From: Candidatus Saganbacteria bacterium
GTDB taxonomy: Bacteria; Margulisbacteria; WOR-1; JAKLHX01
Reading direction: 5' to 3'
DNA: 32,000 nucleotides
NCBI GenBank assembly: GCA_026387835.1
Contig: JAPLKZ010000010.1
Span: 146,379-178,378 of the forward strand
Position 1 is the first letter of the stretch, and each line of letters starts with the position of its first letter. The translations under genes were made by a program, and so were the position numbers. The notes below the pieces were generated by a model. That model was not told where the DNA came from and ran no database searches. It was given only the letters and a program-made list of their open reading frames with translations. This document shows, piece by piece, positions 19,194 to 28,244 of the stretch.

Positions 19194-19601
19194 ATGAAAA
19201 TGCGCCCGGCAAGACCCGATGAGATAAAAACAATTTATGGTTTGGCATATAAAATGGACCTGGATTCGCAGGACATGGACTATGAGGACTTTACCGTGAT
19301 TGAAGACAAAGGGTATATAGTCGCTTTTGGAAGGCTTAAAAAGCGGGGCGACGCGATCGAGTTGGGGACTTTAGGCGTCGTTGAGAAATACCGCGGCAAA
19401 GGTCTGGCTAAAAAGATCGTCGGCGATCTTCTTTCAAAAACTGACAGGGATGTTTATCTTACGACCCTCATCCCTGCATTCTTTGAAAAGTTCGGTTTTA
19501 AGGAGCTCTCTACCCCTCCCCCGCAATCACTTATCAGGACAAAAGAATTCTGCGAGGGGTGCGGAAAAGTTGGATGCACATTAATGAAGCTGGAAAGATA
19601 A
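19194..19601 (+). CDS. GNAT family N-acetyltransferase
   Basis: MKMRPARPDEIKTIYGL..., ELGTLGVVEKYRGKGLAKKIVGDLL (acetyl-CoA motif); Cys-rich C-terminal tail CEGCGKVGC. Confidence 0.85.
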   Translation: MKMRPARPDEIKTIYGLAYKMDLDSQDMDYEDFTVIEDKGYIVAFGRLKKRGDAIELGTLGVVEKYRGKGLAKKIVGDLLSKTDRDVYLTTLIPAFFEKFGFKELSTPPPQSLIRTKEFCEGCGKVGCTLMKLER

Positions 19602-19645
19602 ATTAATTTCTAATGTCTAATTATCAAATAATCCTTCCTCAATTA

Positions 19646-19666
19646 GTCATTCGTCATTAGTCATTT
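19646..19666. repeat. heptanucleotide tandem repeat (x3) over the queF stop codon
   Basis: GTCATTC GTCATTA GTCATTT. Confidence 0.65.
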
Positions 19667-20062
19667 CTTTTTCGGCTGGTGGCCTTTCGGATAACACGCC
19701 TTGACCACCGTCTTTATCCCCCCGCGCGGGTTGAAATCACCTGCAATTTCAGCCTTCTTCGGTTTGCAGGCAAAAACAAAATCTTTCAGTATCCTGTTCA
19801 CTGAGTTCTCCATAAAGATGCCGATATTCCTGTAAGAGTTGAAATATGCCTTTAAAGATTTAAGCTCGGCGCAAAATTTACCGGGGATGTATTTGATGGT
19901 GATAGTCCCGAAGTCGGGAAGGCCGGTCTTGGGACAGACGGAAGTGAATTCCGGCTCAATAATCGTGATCTCGTAATCCTGAAAATTATTCTCGAATATT
20001 TCTATTTTCGGAAGTTTGTCCGCTAATCCTGACTTTGCGTGATTTTGATATTTTTCTTTCAA
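19661..20062 (-). CDS. queF: preQ1 synthase (NADPH-dependent 7-cyano-7-deazaguanine reductase)
   Basis: EFTSVCPKTGLPDFGTITIKYIPGKFCAELKSLKAYFNSYRN...GGIKTVV. Confidence 0.93.
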   Translation of the reverse strand: MKEKYQNHAKSGLADKLPKIEIFENNFQDYEITIIEPEFTSVCPKTGLPDFGTITIKYIPGKFCAELKSLKAYFNSYRNIGIFMENSVNRILKDFVFACKPKKAEIAGDFNPRGGIKTVVKACYPKGHQPKKK

Positions 20063-20064
20063 TA

Positions 20065-20994
20065 TTAAGCTTTACCGGAACAGCCGAGCACATCGGATAT
20101 CTTGTGCTTTACTACCTTTTTGATCTCATCCCTTGCCGGGCCGAGATATTTTCTCGGATCAAATTCTGCGGGAGATTCCGTGAATATTTTTCTTATCGTC
20201 GCCGTCATAGCAAGTCTCAGGTCCGTATCGATATTGATCTTGCATATCGCGCCTTTTGCCGCCTCACGGAGCATCTCTTCCGGGACACCCTTGGCTCCGG
20301 GAAGTTTTCCCCCGTATTTATTGCATTCGTCTACCAGGTACTGAGGAACCGAAGACGCACCGTGCAGGACGAGGGGAAAGTTAGGGAGCCTTCTTGCTAT
20401 CTCAGCTAACCGCGCAAGGTCCAATTTTGCTTCACCCTTGAACTTATACGCCCCGTGAGAAGTCCCGATCGCGATAGCAAGCGAATCGCAACCTGTTTCT
20501 TTTACGAATCTTTCGGCCTCGTCAGGGTCTGTATAGGTCGCGTCCTTTGCCGCCACTTTTACTGCATCTTCGACACCGGCCAATTTCCCAAGCTCCGCTT
20601 CGACGGTTACTCCTTTAGGGTGCGCATAATCAACTACCTGTTTTGTCAGGCGGATATTTTCTTCAAGAGGATATTTGGAGCCGTCTATCATCACGGACGA
20701 GAACCCGCCGTCCACGCAGGATTTGCACACCTCAAAATCCTCGCCGTGGTCCAAATGCAGGGCTATCGGAAGGTCGGCGGTCAAAAGCGCCGCTTCAACT
20801 AATTTGACCAGGTATTCGTGCCTCGCATATTTCCTTGCACCGGCAGACACCTGGAGGATCAACGGAGCTTTCTCTTCCTTAGCTGCATCCACTATGCCCT
20901 GCAGGATTTCCATGTCATTTACATTGAACGCACCTACTGCATATCCTCCGGAATAGGCTTTCTTGAACATCTCTCTTGTAGAAACTAAAGGCAT
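20065..20994 (-). CDS. fba: class II fructose-bisphosphate aldolase
   Basis: YAVGAFNVNDMEILQGIVDAA, LPIALHLDHGEDFE, SVMIDGSKYPLEENI, LVLHGASSVPQ. Confidence 0.93.
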   Translation of the reverse strand: MPLVSTREMFKKAYSGGYAVGAFNVNDMEILQGIVDAAKEEKAPLILQVSAGARKYARHEYLVKLVEAALLTADLPIALHLDHGEDFEVCKSCVDGGFSSVMIDGSKYPLEENIRLTKQVVDYAHPKGVTVEAELGKLAGVEDAVKVAAKDATYTDPDEAERFVKETGCDSLAIAIGTSHGAYKFKGEAKLDLARLAEIARRLPNFPLVLHGASSVPQYLVDECNKYGGKLPGAKGVPEEMLREAAKGAICKINIDTDLRLAMTATIRKIFTESPAEFDPRKYLGPARDEIKKVVKHKISDVLGCSGKA

Positions 20995-21059
20995 TGTTTT
21001 CTCCTTCCAAATATATTCTCAATTTTAATTATAACATAAGGATTAAGCCTGCTGCTTTT

Positions 21060-21089
21060 TTGCAATTTTCACCTGTTATAATGTATAAT
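21060..21089 (+). promoter_or_regulatory. candidate sigma70-type promoter for the trkH-trkA-purC transcript
   Basis: TTGCAA - 18 nt - TATAAT immediately upstream of the ATG at 21104. Confidence 0.4.
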
Positions 21090-21103
21090 AATCCAATAAT
21101 AAT

Positions 21104-22417
21104 ATGTTCAAGATCAGGCCGTCGATAGTAATAGCTGTAAGTTTTTTCATCGTGATACTGGCGGGCGCATTGCTGCTGCAGCTGCCTATATCTTCGTCGA
21201 ACGGAACTTTTACAAAGTTCCTTGACTCTTACTTTACCGCGAACTCAGCCACCTGTGTGACAGGCTTAGTATGCCTTGACACGGGGGTCCATTTTTCATT
21301 TTTCGGACAGTTCATCATACTCCTGTTGATACAGATCGGCGGTCTCGGATATATGACTTTTTCCACTTTTCTGGTTCTTCTTTTCAGGAAGAAGATGTTC
21401 ATCACAGAAAAAATTGCGGTTCAGGAAGCGCTTAACATCCATTCCACAAATGACGTAATAAATGTCGTCAAAAGGATTTTCGGCATCGTCTTTGTGATAG
21501 AAGGTGCAGGGGCTTTGATCCTTTTTCTTAGATGGCTGCCTGAACTTGGACTGAGACATGCCTTATGGTATTCGATATTTCATTCTGTATCCGCTTTTTG
21601 CAACGCGGGGTTCGCCCTCCCAGCTAATTTTGCCAATCTGACCGCCTACAAGGCCGACATCGTTGTCAACCTGACTATTACTTCTCTGATAATACTTGGC
21701 GGCCTCGGGTTCCTGGTAATAGCAGATATTATCCAGAACCGGAGATTTTCTCTCCAGTCAAAGACCGTCATAGCCACGACCGCGTTTCTGATAATTTCGG
21801 GAACGCTCGCAATATTTGCCATGGAGTTCAATAATCTTTCCGTGATGGGCGGCTTGAGCGTCGGGGGGAAATTCCTGTCTTCCTATTTTCAGGCTGTCAC
21901 GCCGAGAACCGCAGGTTTTAATACTCTTGATATCGGACATCTCTCCCATACAACGCTCCTGCTCATGATGGGGCTGATGTTCATAGGTGCAAGCCCCGGC
22001 GGTACCGGAGGCGGGATAAAGACGACTACTTTCGCCCTGATCACGTGGACGATCATCGCAACATTGAAGAACAATAAGAATACCGTTTTATTTGACCGTA
22101 AGATCCCTGCCGAGACTATCAGGCGCGCGTTCGTGATATTCTTTCTTTCGATAATAGTTGTCGCGTGCGCGGTGTTCATGTTGAACGGCATAGAGAAATT
22201 TTCGCTTATGGAGATCGCTTTTGAAGTATTCTCGGCGTTTGGCACCGTGGGTCTTTCGACGGGCATTACGCCTTTTCTGTCAGATGCCGGTAAAATAGTC
22301 ATTATATCCGTTATGTTCATCGGACGCGTCGGGGCCCTCACGCTGCTTGCCGCTCTGTCGGGCCACGAAGGCAAACATCATATTGAATATCCAAAAGAAG
22401 GAATATCGATAGGTTAA
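21104..22417 (+). CDS. Trk/Ktr-type potassium uptake membrane subunit (TrkH/KtrB family)
   Basis: AYFTANSATCVTGLVCLDTG, SVSAFCNAGFAL, IGASPGGTGGGIKTTTFA, FSAFGTVGLSTGIT pore-loop motifs. Confidence 0.94.
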   Translation: MFKIRPSIVIAVSFFIVILAGALLLQLPISSSNGTFTKFLDSYFTANSATCVTGLVCLDTGVHFSFFGQFIILLLIQIGGLGYMTFSTFLVLLFRKKMFITEKIAVQEALNIHSTNDVINVVKRIFGIVFVIEGAGALILFLRWLPELGLRHALWYSIFHSVSAFCNAGFALPANFANLTAYKADIVVNLTITSLIILGGLGFLVIADIIQNRRFSLQSKTVIATTAFLIISGTLAIFAMEFNNLSVMGGLSVGGKFLSSYFQAVTPRTAGFNTLDIGHLSHTTLLLMMGLMFIGASPGGTGGGIKTTTFALITWTIIATLKNNKNTVLFDRKIPAETIRRAFVIFFLSIIVVACAVFMLNGIEKFSLMEIAFEVFSAFGTVGLSTGITPFLSDAGKIVIISVMFIGRVGALTLLAALSGHEGKHHIEYPKEGISIG

Positions 22418-22431
22418 TAAAGGAGGGGGAA

Positions 22432-23097
22432 ATGAAAAAGCAATTTGCGGTTCTTGGGATCGGGAGGTTCGGTTCAAAGGTGGCCAGGGAGTTGTTCTAC
22501 AGGGGGCAAGAGGTCATTGTCATGGACAAGGACGAGCATAAGATCCAGCAGGTCAGGGACGAAGTGACCCACGCATATATCGGGGATATAACAGATGAGG
22601 CCGCTCTTAAAGAAGCGGGGATCAATGATTGCGATATCGCGATAATAAGCGAGAGCTCCAATATCGAATCTAATCTCATCGCATGCCAGATTTGCAAAAG
22701 TTTCGGGATAAAAAAGGTCATAGCAAAAGCCCAAAACACGCTCCACGGAAAAATACTGGTCAAACTGCAGGTGGACCAGATAGTGTACCCGGAACAGGAT
22801 ACTGCCATAAAACTCGTCAACAAGATGACTTCGGACAGGATCCTTGACTATATCGAGCTCGGCGAGCATATAAATATCGTCAGTGTAGAAGCGCCCGCTA
22901 AAATGGAAAACCTGACTATCAGAGAACTCGCGCTCAGAAGAAGGTTCCACGTGACGATACTCGGGATAAAACGGGGTGAAGAACTGATATTCAACCTGAC
23001 GGACGATAATATTATTGAAAAGGGTGATATCCTGGTCGTGTTCGGCGAGACGGAGAACCTGAAAAAACTTAATATGGATGTAACGCATAAGACGTGA
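22432..23097 (+). CDS. TrkA/KtrA family potassium channel regulatory subunit (RCK)
   Basis: [31 protein letters not shown] Rossmann motif; C-terminal TrkA_C-like region. Confidence 0.94.
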   Translation: MKKQFAVLGIGRFGSKVARELFYRGQEVIVMDKDEHKIQQVRDEVTHAYIGDITDEAALKEAGINDCDIAIISESSNIESNLIACQICKSFGIKKVIAKAQNTLHGKILVKLQVDQIVYPEQDTAIKLVNKMTSDRILDYIELGEHINIVSVEAPAKMENLTIRELALRRRFHVTILGIKRGEELIFNLTDDNIIEKGDILVVFGETENLKKLNMDVTHKT

Positions 23098-23975
23098 GAC
23101 AAACGGTCTATAATACTGATTTTCCAAAATTAAAATTATTCAACCGCGGCAAGGTGCGGGACATATATGACCTTGGAGAAAACCTTCTGATAGTCGCGAC
23201 TGACAGGCTTTCCGCCTTTGATATAGTCATGCCGAATCCCATTCCCAGAAAAGGAGAGGTTCTGACAAAGATATCCCTTTTTTGGTTCGACGCTCTAAAA
23301 GATATCATTGAAAATCATCTCATCTCCGCTGATCCCAAAAATTATCCCAAAGAATGCAGAGAATACGCGGACAATCTTAAAGACCGCTCAATGCTCGTGA
23401 AAAGATCCAAGCCTCTTCCGGTTGAGTGTATTGTGAGAGGCTATATTTCCGGTTCAGGCTGGAAAGATTACAAGACGACGGGAACTATTTCTGGGATAAA
23501 ACTTCCAAAAGACTTAAAAGAATCGGATAAGCTCCCTGAACCGATATTTACTCCTTCCACAAAAGAAGAGGTCGGGACACATGACCAGACGATCGACTTT
23601 GAAAGAACAAAAATGCTCTTAGGAAATAAGACCGCAAAAATGATAAAAGAGGCCTCGATCGCTTTATACAACAAAGCATCCGAGATCGCAGCTAAAAAGG
23701 GCATTATCATCTCCGACACCAAGTTCGAGTTCGGCTTCTATAATGATGAAATAATACTGATTGACGAGGTTTTGACCCCCGACTCTTCCCGTTTCTGGCC
23801 CAAAGACGATTACAAGCCTGGAAGACCGCAAAAAAGCTTTGACAAGCAGTTCACCAGGGATTATCTGCTATCCATCAAATGGGACCAGAAGCCCCCAGCG
23901 CCTGAACTACCCGAGGAGATAATATCGAAGACATCAGAAAAATATATTGAGGCTTTGAATAGATTGACCGCTTAA
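23094..23975 (+). CDS. purC: phosphoribosylaminoimidazole-succinocarboxamide synthase (GTG start)
   Basis: [75 protein letters not shown]. Confidence 0.95.
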   Translation: MRQTVYNTDFPKLKLFNRGKVRDIYDLGENLLIVATDRLSAFDIVMPNPIPRKGEVLTKISLFWFDALKDIIENHLISADPKNYPKECREYADNLKDRSMLVKRSKPLPVECIVRGYISGSGWKDYKTTGTISGIKLPKDLKESDKLPEPIFTPSTKEEVGTHDQTIDFERTKMLLGNKTAKMIKEASIALYNKASEIAAKKGIIISDTKFEFGFYNDEIILIDEVLTPDSSRFWPKDDYKPGRPQKSFDKQFTRDYLLSIKWDQKPPAPELPEEIISKTSEKYIEALNRLTA

Positions 23976-25189
23976 ACCTTGCCGGCCGGCAGCTCAATTG
24001 TAAATACAGACCCTTTCCCCTTTTCGCTCTTAACGCTTATCCTTCCTCTGTGGGCATTAACGACCCATTTTGCGATAGCAAGCCCGAGCCCCATCCCTTC
24101 TTTTCCGGTCCTTTCAACCCGGTAAAATATATCGAATATTTTCTTTTGCAATTTTGGGTCTATGCCCGGACCGTCATCAGAAACTTTGACCGTGAATTTC
24201 CCGGCCTTTTTTTCGACAGATATTTCTATCCGGCCGTTTTCCTTTGTATTCTTGGCCGAATTTTCAAGGAGGTTGCCGATGACCTTTCGTATCTGACCCT
24301 CATCGGCGTTGATCAATGATTCATCGGACAAATTCAGGATTAAATTCCTTCCCGGATATCTGCTTTTGGTCATTTGCGCCTCGTTCACGATCATATCTGA
24401 AAGATCAAACTGCTTTTTGCTTATTTTTTCGGACCCTGTCGCACTTTTAAAGATATACATAAAATTTGAGACCAGCCTGCCCATGAAATCGCTTTGTTCT
24501 TTTATTTCATTGAATGCCTGGCGGGAATCATCATCTTTTGATCCTTTTCTCAGCGCGATCTCCGCTGTTCCGGAAATAACGGACAGAGGGGTCCTGAGCT
24601 CGTGCGAAGCAAAAGCTAAGAACTTCTTCTGGTTTTCCACTATCCCGTAAGAAACGATAAGCGAGACGACAAAACCGATTATCATTATTGTTGATAACAT
24701 TACAACGGAAAGCACCAGTTTAAGATATTCCAAATGCTGGTATATCCGTGAGACCGGCGCGGCAACGATCAGATAACCTATGCTGGTCTCGTTAATTTCA
24801 ATCAAACATTGATAAACCTTCATTTTTGTCCCGTCAGGCATCTCAACGTCCGACAATATACCGTCTCCGTCATTGATGAACGGCAGATATTCATTATTCA
24901 GCCTCTGGGATTTTGTCAGGGGTACGCCTTTTACGTCAGTAAACTCTACAAGGATATCGGAAGTGGCAAAAACAGTCTTGCTGGGATGCGCTAAATATTC
25001 CTGCGGCCTCAATTTAAACTCCGCAGGATCTTTCGCGATCTCTATTACAATATCATTGGCGAAATCGTATAATCCATATTCAAACGCCTCAATTATATTG
25101 ATCCTGTAATACAGATATAACACGGTCGAAGAGAACGAAAGTATCAGTGTAAGGACGGAAATGATGATTATTGTTAATCTTGTCCGCAT
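23972..25189 (-). CDS. sensor histidine kinase
   Basis: Two TM segments flanking an extracytoplasmic domain; H-box [15 protein letters not shown]; N-box [13 protein letters not shown]; G-boxes DDGPGIDP and [10 protein letters not shown]. Confidence 0.95.
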   Translation of the reverse strand: MRTRLTIIIISVLTLILSFSSTVLYLYYRINIIEAFEYGLYDFANDIVIEIAKDPAEFKLRPQEYLAHPSKTVFATSDILVEFTDVKGVPLTKSQRLNNEYLPFINDGDGILSDVEMPDGTKMKVYQCLIEINETSIGYLIVAAPVSRIYQHLEYLKLVLSVVMLSTIMIIGFVVSLIVSYGIVENQKKFLAFASHELRTPLSVISGTAEIALRKGSKDDDSRQAFNEIKEQSDFMGRLVSNFMYIFKSATGSEKISKKQFDLSDMIVNEAQMTKSRYPGRNLILNLSDESLINADEGQIRKVIGNLLENSAKNTKENGRIEISVEKKAGKFTVKVSDDGPGIDPKLQKKIFDIFYRVERTGKEGMGLGLAIAKWVVNAHRGRISVKSEKGKGSVFTIELPAGKV

Positions 25190-25845
25190 ATTTTATACCC
25201 GATCCCGCGGACAGTATGCAAAAGAGGTTTTTTTGACCCTTTGTCGATCTTATCCCGCAAATATTTAATGTAAACATCAACAATATTGCTTTCAGGGCTG
25301 AAATCATAACCCCACACATCTTCGAGTATTCTTGTTTTTGAGACCGGCCTCGGAGAATTTTCCATCAGGAATTTAAGAAGCTTGAATTCTGTCGCGGAAA
25401 GTACGACATTCTTTTTATCTCTCTTAACTTCAAAAGTGTCGGGGTCTAAAATAAGATCGGCTACTCTTATCTCCCCTGATACGGTGCCTTTTCTCCTTGT
25501 AAGAGCTTTTATCCTTGCAAGAAGCTCCGCAAAGGAAAAGGGTTTTGTCATATAATCATCGGCGCCGGCATTAAGGCCCGCTATCTTTTCTTCGATGCTG
25601 TCTTTTGCTGTGAGCATGATTATCGGACATTTTTTTCCGTTAATTCGCAGTTTTTTGCAGACCGTGATCCCGTCTATTTTGGGCAGCATAACATCAAGGA
25701 TCACCGCGTCGTAATCGCCCTCCTGTGCCATAAAAAGGCCTTCTTCACCGTCAGAAGCGGTCTCAACCGTAAAATGCTCCGCTTTCAGGCCTTTTTGAAT
25801 GAAAGCGGATATTTTTCTTTCATCTTCTATGATCAATATCTTCAT
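25174..25845 (-). CDS. OmpR/PhoB-type response regulator
   Basis: MKILIIEDERKISAFI, VILDVMLPKIDG, IIMLTAKDS; winged-helix C-terminus SPESNIVDVYIKYLRDKID...[11 protein letters not shown]. Confidence 0.95.
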   Translation of the reverse strand: MKILIIEDERKISAFIQKGLKAEHFTVETASDGEEGLFMAQEGDYDAVILDVMLPKIDGITVCKKLRINGKKCPIIMLTAKDSIEEKIAGLNAGADDYMTKPFSFAELLARIKALTRRKGTVSGEIRVADLILDPDTFEVKRDKKNVVLSATEFKLLKFLMENSPRPVSKTRILEDVWGYDFSPESNIVDVYIKYLRDKIDKGSKKPLLHTVRGIGYKICGQD

Positions 25846-25871
25846 TTCCTGAAGATTATATCATGAATGAC

Positions 25872-25915
25872 TTCTAATGAAATTCTAATCATCCTTTAAC
25901 ATCCGTTTAATGACG
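25872..25915 (+). promoter_or_regulatory. array of four 11-bp-spaced direct half-sites (candidate response regulator operator)
   Basis: TTCTAATGAAA / TTCTAATCATC / CTTTAACATCC / GTTTAATGACG at 25872, 25883, 25894 and 25905, followed by the -10-like TATACT at 25922-25927. Confidence 0.6.
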
Positions 25916-25968
25916 CGAGAATATACTAAACGCAGATAGTTTGATATTAGTTAAGGGAGGTGAGTTCA

Positions 25969-26169
25969 GTGGGTAAGAAAACGATCGCAATGTGCATGGC
26001 AGTCTTTTTTTTAGCGTCCATGTCTTATGCATCTCCAAAAACTTGCGAAAATACCGGTGACAAGACCTGCAATCCCGCAAAAGCAAAAGTGATGAGAATG
26101 AAAAAAATGGCACCTAAACTTGGAAAAACAGCAACAACAGAGGCTGGAAAGATGTCCGTAAAGAAATAA
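25969..26169 (+). CDS. small secreted Lys-rich protein
   Basis: GTG start with GGGAGGTGA Shine-Dalgarno; MGKKTIAMCMAVFFLASMSYASPKTCENTGDKTCNPAKAKVMRMKKMAP... signal peptide-like N-terminus. Confidence 0.7.
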   Translation: MGKKTIAMCMAVFFLASMSYASPKTCENTGDKTCNPAKAKVMRMKKMAPKLGKTATTEAGKMSVKK

Positions 26170-26213
26170 GCGGATTTTCCGGATTTAATTACATACGCGA
26201 GGAGGTGAGTTTA

Positions 26214-26393
26214 ATGAAAAAGATAGTAAGTGCTTTATTGGTAGCCGTGGTTTGCTTTGGTATAGTAGCATCATCCCCTGTTTTAGCGAAAAGGCTTCAC
26301 AAGACAGCGGTGAAAGCAACAAAACCTGCGGTAACAGCTATAGCAGCCCCAGTTAAGGCGGCCCCGGTTAAGGCGGTCCCGGTTAAGAAATAG
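26214..26393 (+). CDS. small secreted Ala/Pro/Lys-rich protein with C-terminal APVKA repeats
   Basis: ATG at 26214 with GAGGAGGTGAG Shine-Dalgarno; MKKIVSALLVAVVCFGIVASSPVLAKR signal peptide; C-terminal APVKA-APVKA-VPVKK. Confidence 0.7.
   Translation: MKKIVSALLVAVVCFGIVASSPVLAKRLHKTAVKATKPAVTAIAAPVKAAPVKAVPVKK
26346..26390 (+). repeat. 15-bp coding tandem repeat, 3 copies (APVKA)
   Basis: GCCCCAGTTAAGGCG / GCCCCGGTTAAGGCG / GTCCCGGTTAAGAAA. Confidence 0.85.
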
Positions 26394-26418
26394 TCCGGAC
26401 CCAGGACAAAATTAAAAG

Positions 26419-26445
26419 CAGGGGATTAATTTCCCCTGTTTTTTT
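26419..26445 (+). terminator. Rho-independent terminator
   Basis: CAGGGGA-TTAATT-TCCCCTG stem-loop followed by a 7-T run. Confidence 0.85.
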
Positions 26446-26491
26446 CTTGATCATTCATTTTCCCGAAGCAACATAATGGTATAATTTTTAT

Positions 26492-26989
26492 ATGTTAAGG
26501 AAGATAACGGAAAAGGCCCGCGGCTGGCAGACAAGGTTCAGCTTCGGTTCTACATCGGCAATAATAACTAACCTTGCGCTGATGGCTGGCCTGCATATGC
26601 AAGCCAACGCAAAAATAAGCATAATCGGCGGCATCCTGGTGATAGCTCTTGCCGATAATATCGCCGATTCTTTCGGCATCCACATATTCCAGGAATCCGA
26701 GAATATCGAGACAGGCGAGGTCTGGATCTCCACTTTTTTGAACTTTATTTCCAGGGCTCTCATTTCATTTGGATTTATAGCATTGATATTAATTCTGCCG
26801 CTTAATACGGCAATAATATCTTCGATCGTTTTGGGCCTTCTTCTTCTTGCCGCGCTGAGTTATTTGATCGCAAAGAATGAGGGAGATAACCTGTATTTGC
26901 CTGTTCTTACCCATGTTCTCACAGCTATCGTTGTGATATTTTTAAGCAATCTCGCGGGTGATTTTCTTATCAGCAGGTTCGGAAGATAA
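26492..26989 (+). CDS. membrane protein, possibly VIT1/CCC1-like
   Basis: 165 aa with several TM helices; LADNIADSFGIHIFQESE resembles the VIT1/CCC1 first-helix region. Confidence 0.55.
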   Translation: MLRKITEKARGWQTRFSFGSTSAIITNLALMAGLHMQANAKISIIGGILVIALADNIADSFGIHIFQESENIETGEVWISTFLNFISRALISFGFIALILILPLNTAIISSIVLGLLLLAALSYLIAKNEGDNLYLPVLTHVLTAIVVIFLSNLAGDFLISRFGR

Positions 26990-26992
26990 AAT

Positions 26993-28120
26993 ATGTCTTA
27001 CTCTAAAAAAACAGTAGGATTTTTCTATTTAACAACTTTACTGGCCGGATTTGTCTTATTACTTTGCCACAATGAAGTTTTGGCCTGTAGCCGCGTTCTA
27101 TCTTCTAATAACGGCCATGCAGTTTTATGCGGACGGAACATGGATTGGCCGGATAACACTCCAACAGATCTATGGATTTTACCCCGAGGGATACAACGCG
27201 ACGGTATGATCAGCAAAAATTCTCTCAAATGGACGTCGAAATACGGCAGTTTGGTTGTCGTTTCATCCACAATAGGCAAATGCATCGTTAGTGACGGCCT
27301 GAATGAAAAAGGATTAGCAGCCAACCTGCTCTGGCTCGGTAATAGTGATTATGGGGTTAGGGACGAAAAACTTCCCGGCTTGTCGGTCAGCCTCTGGGCC
27401 CAATACTGCCTTGACAATTTTGCCACGGTTGATGAAGCCATCCGTGCTTTTCAAGATTCATCCTACCAGGTTGTAACATTGTCGATCCCTGTGGGCAAAA
27501 AATTCGATAAAGCCACGCTCCATCTCTCGTTGGAAGATAAAGCCGGCGATTCGGCGATCATTGAATACATCAACGGAAATCCCGTTATTCATCACGATAG
27601 AAACTATGCTGTCATGACCAACGATCCGCCTTTTGAGGGGCAACTCGCCAACCTTAAGCAATATGAAGGTTTTGGCGGAAAAAAACCGCTGCCGGGAACT
27701 ACCTCGGCCTCTGACAGATTTGTACGTGCCTCGTATTATTTAAAATATCTGCCGAAGCCGAAAGATCTGCGTGAAGCTGTGGCCGGAGTTTTTAGCATCA
27801 CGCGCAATGTTTCCCAACCTTTCCGTGACATGTCGGATCCGAAATTCTATACTTCAGCAACCATCTGGAGGAGCGTCGCCGATTTAAGCGATAATATTTA
27901 TTTCTACGAATCGACAATGAGCCCCAATGTTGTCTGGGTAGAGTTAAATAAATTTGATCTAAGTGAAGGCGCTCCGACTATGAAAATCGATTTAAACAAC
28001 AATTATACTCTTGCTGGCGATGTCACAAAACAGGCAACGAAAGCGCAACCGTTTGAATTTATATCTTCGGAAATAAATGTAAAAGAGTTGATACAACAAC
28101 AATCCGGGAAAATTAATTAG
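26993..28120 (+). CDS. linear amide C-N hydrolase (choloylglycine hydrolase / penicillin V acylase family), secreted
   Basis: Signal peptide then candidate N-terminal nucleophile Cys: VLACSRVLSSNNGHAVLCGRNMDWPDN; SDGLNEKGLAANLLWL; YAVMTNDPPFEGQLANL. Confidence 0.88.
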   Translation: MSYSKKTVGFFYLTTLLAGFVLLLCHNEVLACSRVLSSNNGHAVLCGRNMDWPDNTPTDLWILPRGIQRDGMISKNSLKWTSKYGSLVVVSSTIGKCIVSDGLNEKGLAANLLWLGNSDYGVRDEKLPGLSVSLWAQYCLDNFATVDEAIRAFQDSSYQVVTLSIPVGKKFDKATLHLSLEDKAGDSAIIEYINGNPVIHHDRNYAVMTNDPPFEGQLANLKQYEGFGGKKPLPGTTSASDRFVRASYYLKYLPKPKDLREAVAGVFSITRNVSQPFRDMSDPKFYTSATIWRSVADLSDNIYFYESTMSPNVVWVELNKFDLSEGAPTMKIDLNNNYTLAGDVTKQATKAQPFEFISSEINVKELIQQQSGKIN

Positions 28121-28244
28121 CTTACTATATTTAGACATTTGATGTTTAAATATTATAGGCCTTTTTAAGGCTTATTCGGCTTCTATATTTCAAGGCAAAA
28201 ATATTAACATGATATAATTCATTTTATGAAAGAAAATTGCTGAT

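Noticed and set aside
23972-23975. Possible gene-fusion or frameshift where purC and the kinase gene overlap by 4 bp
   Set aside because: The genes are convergent and both end with proper stop codons and complete C-terminal domains; simple tail-to-tail overlap.
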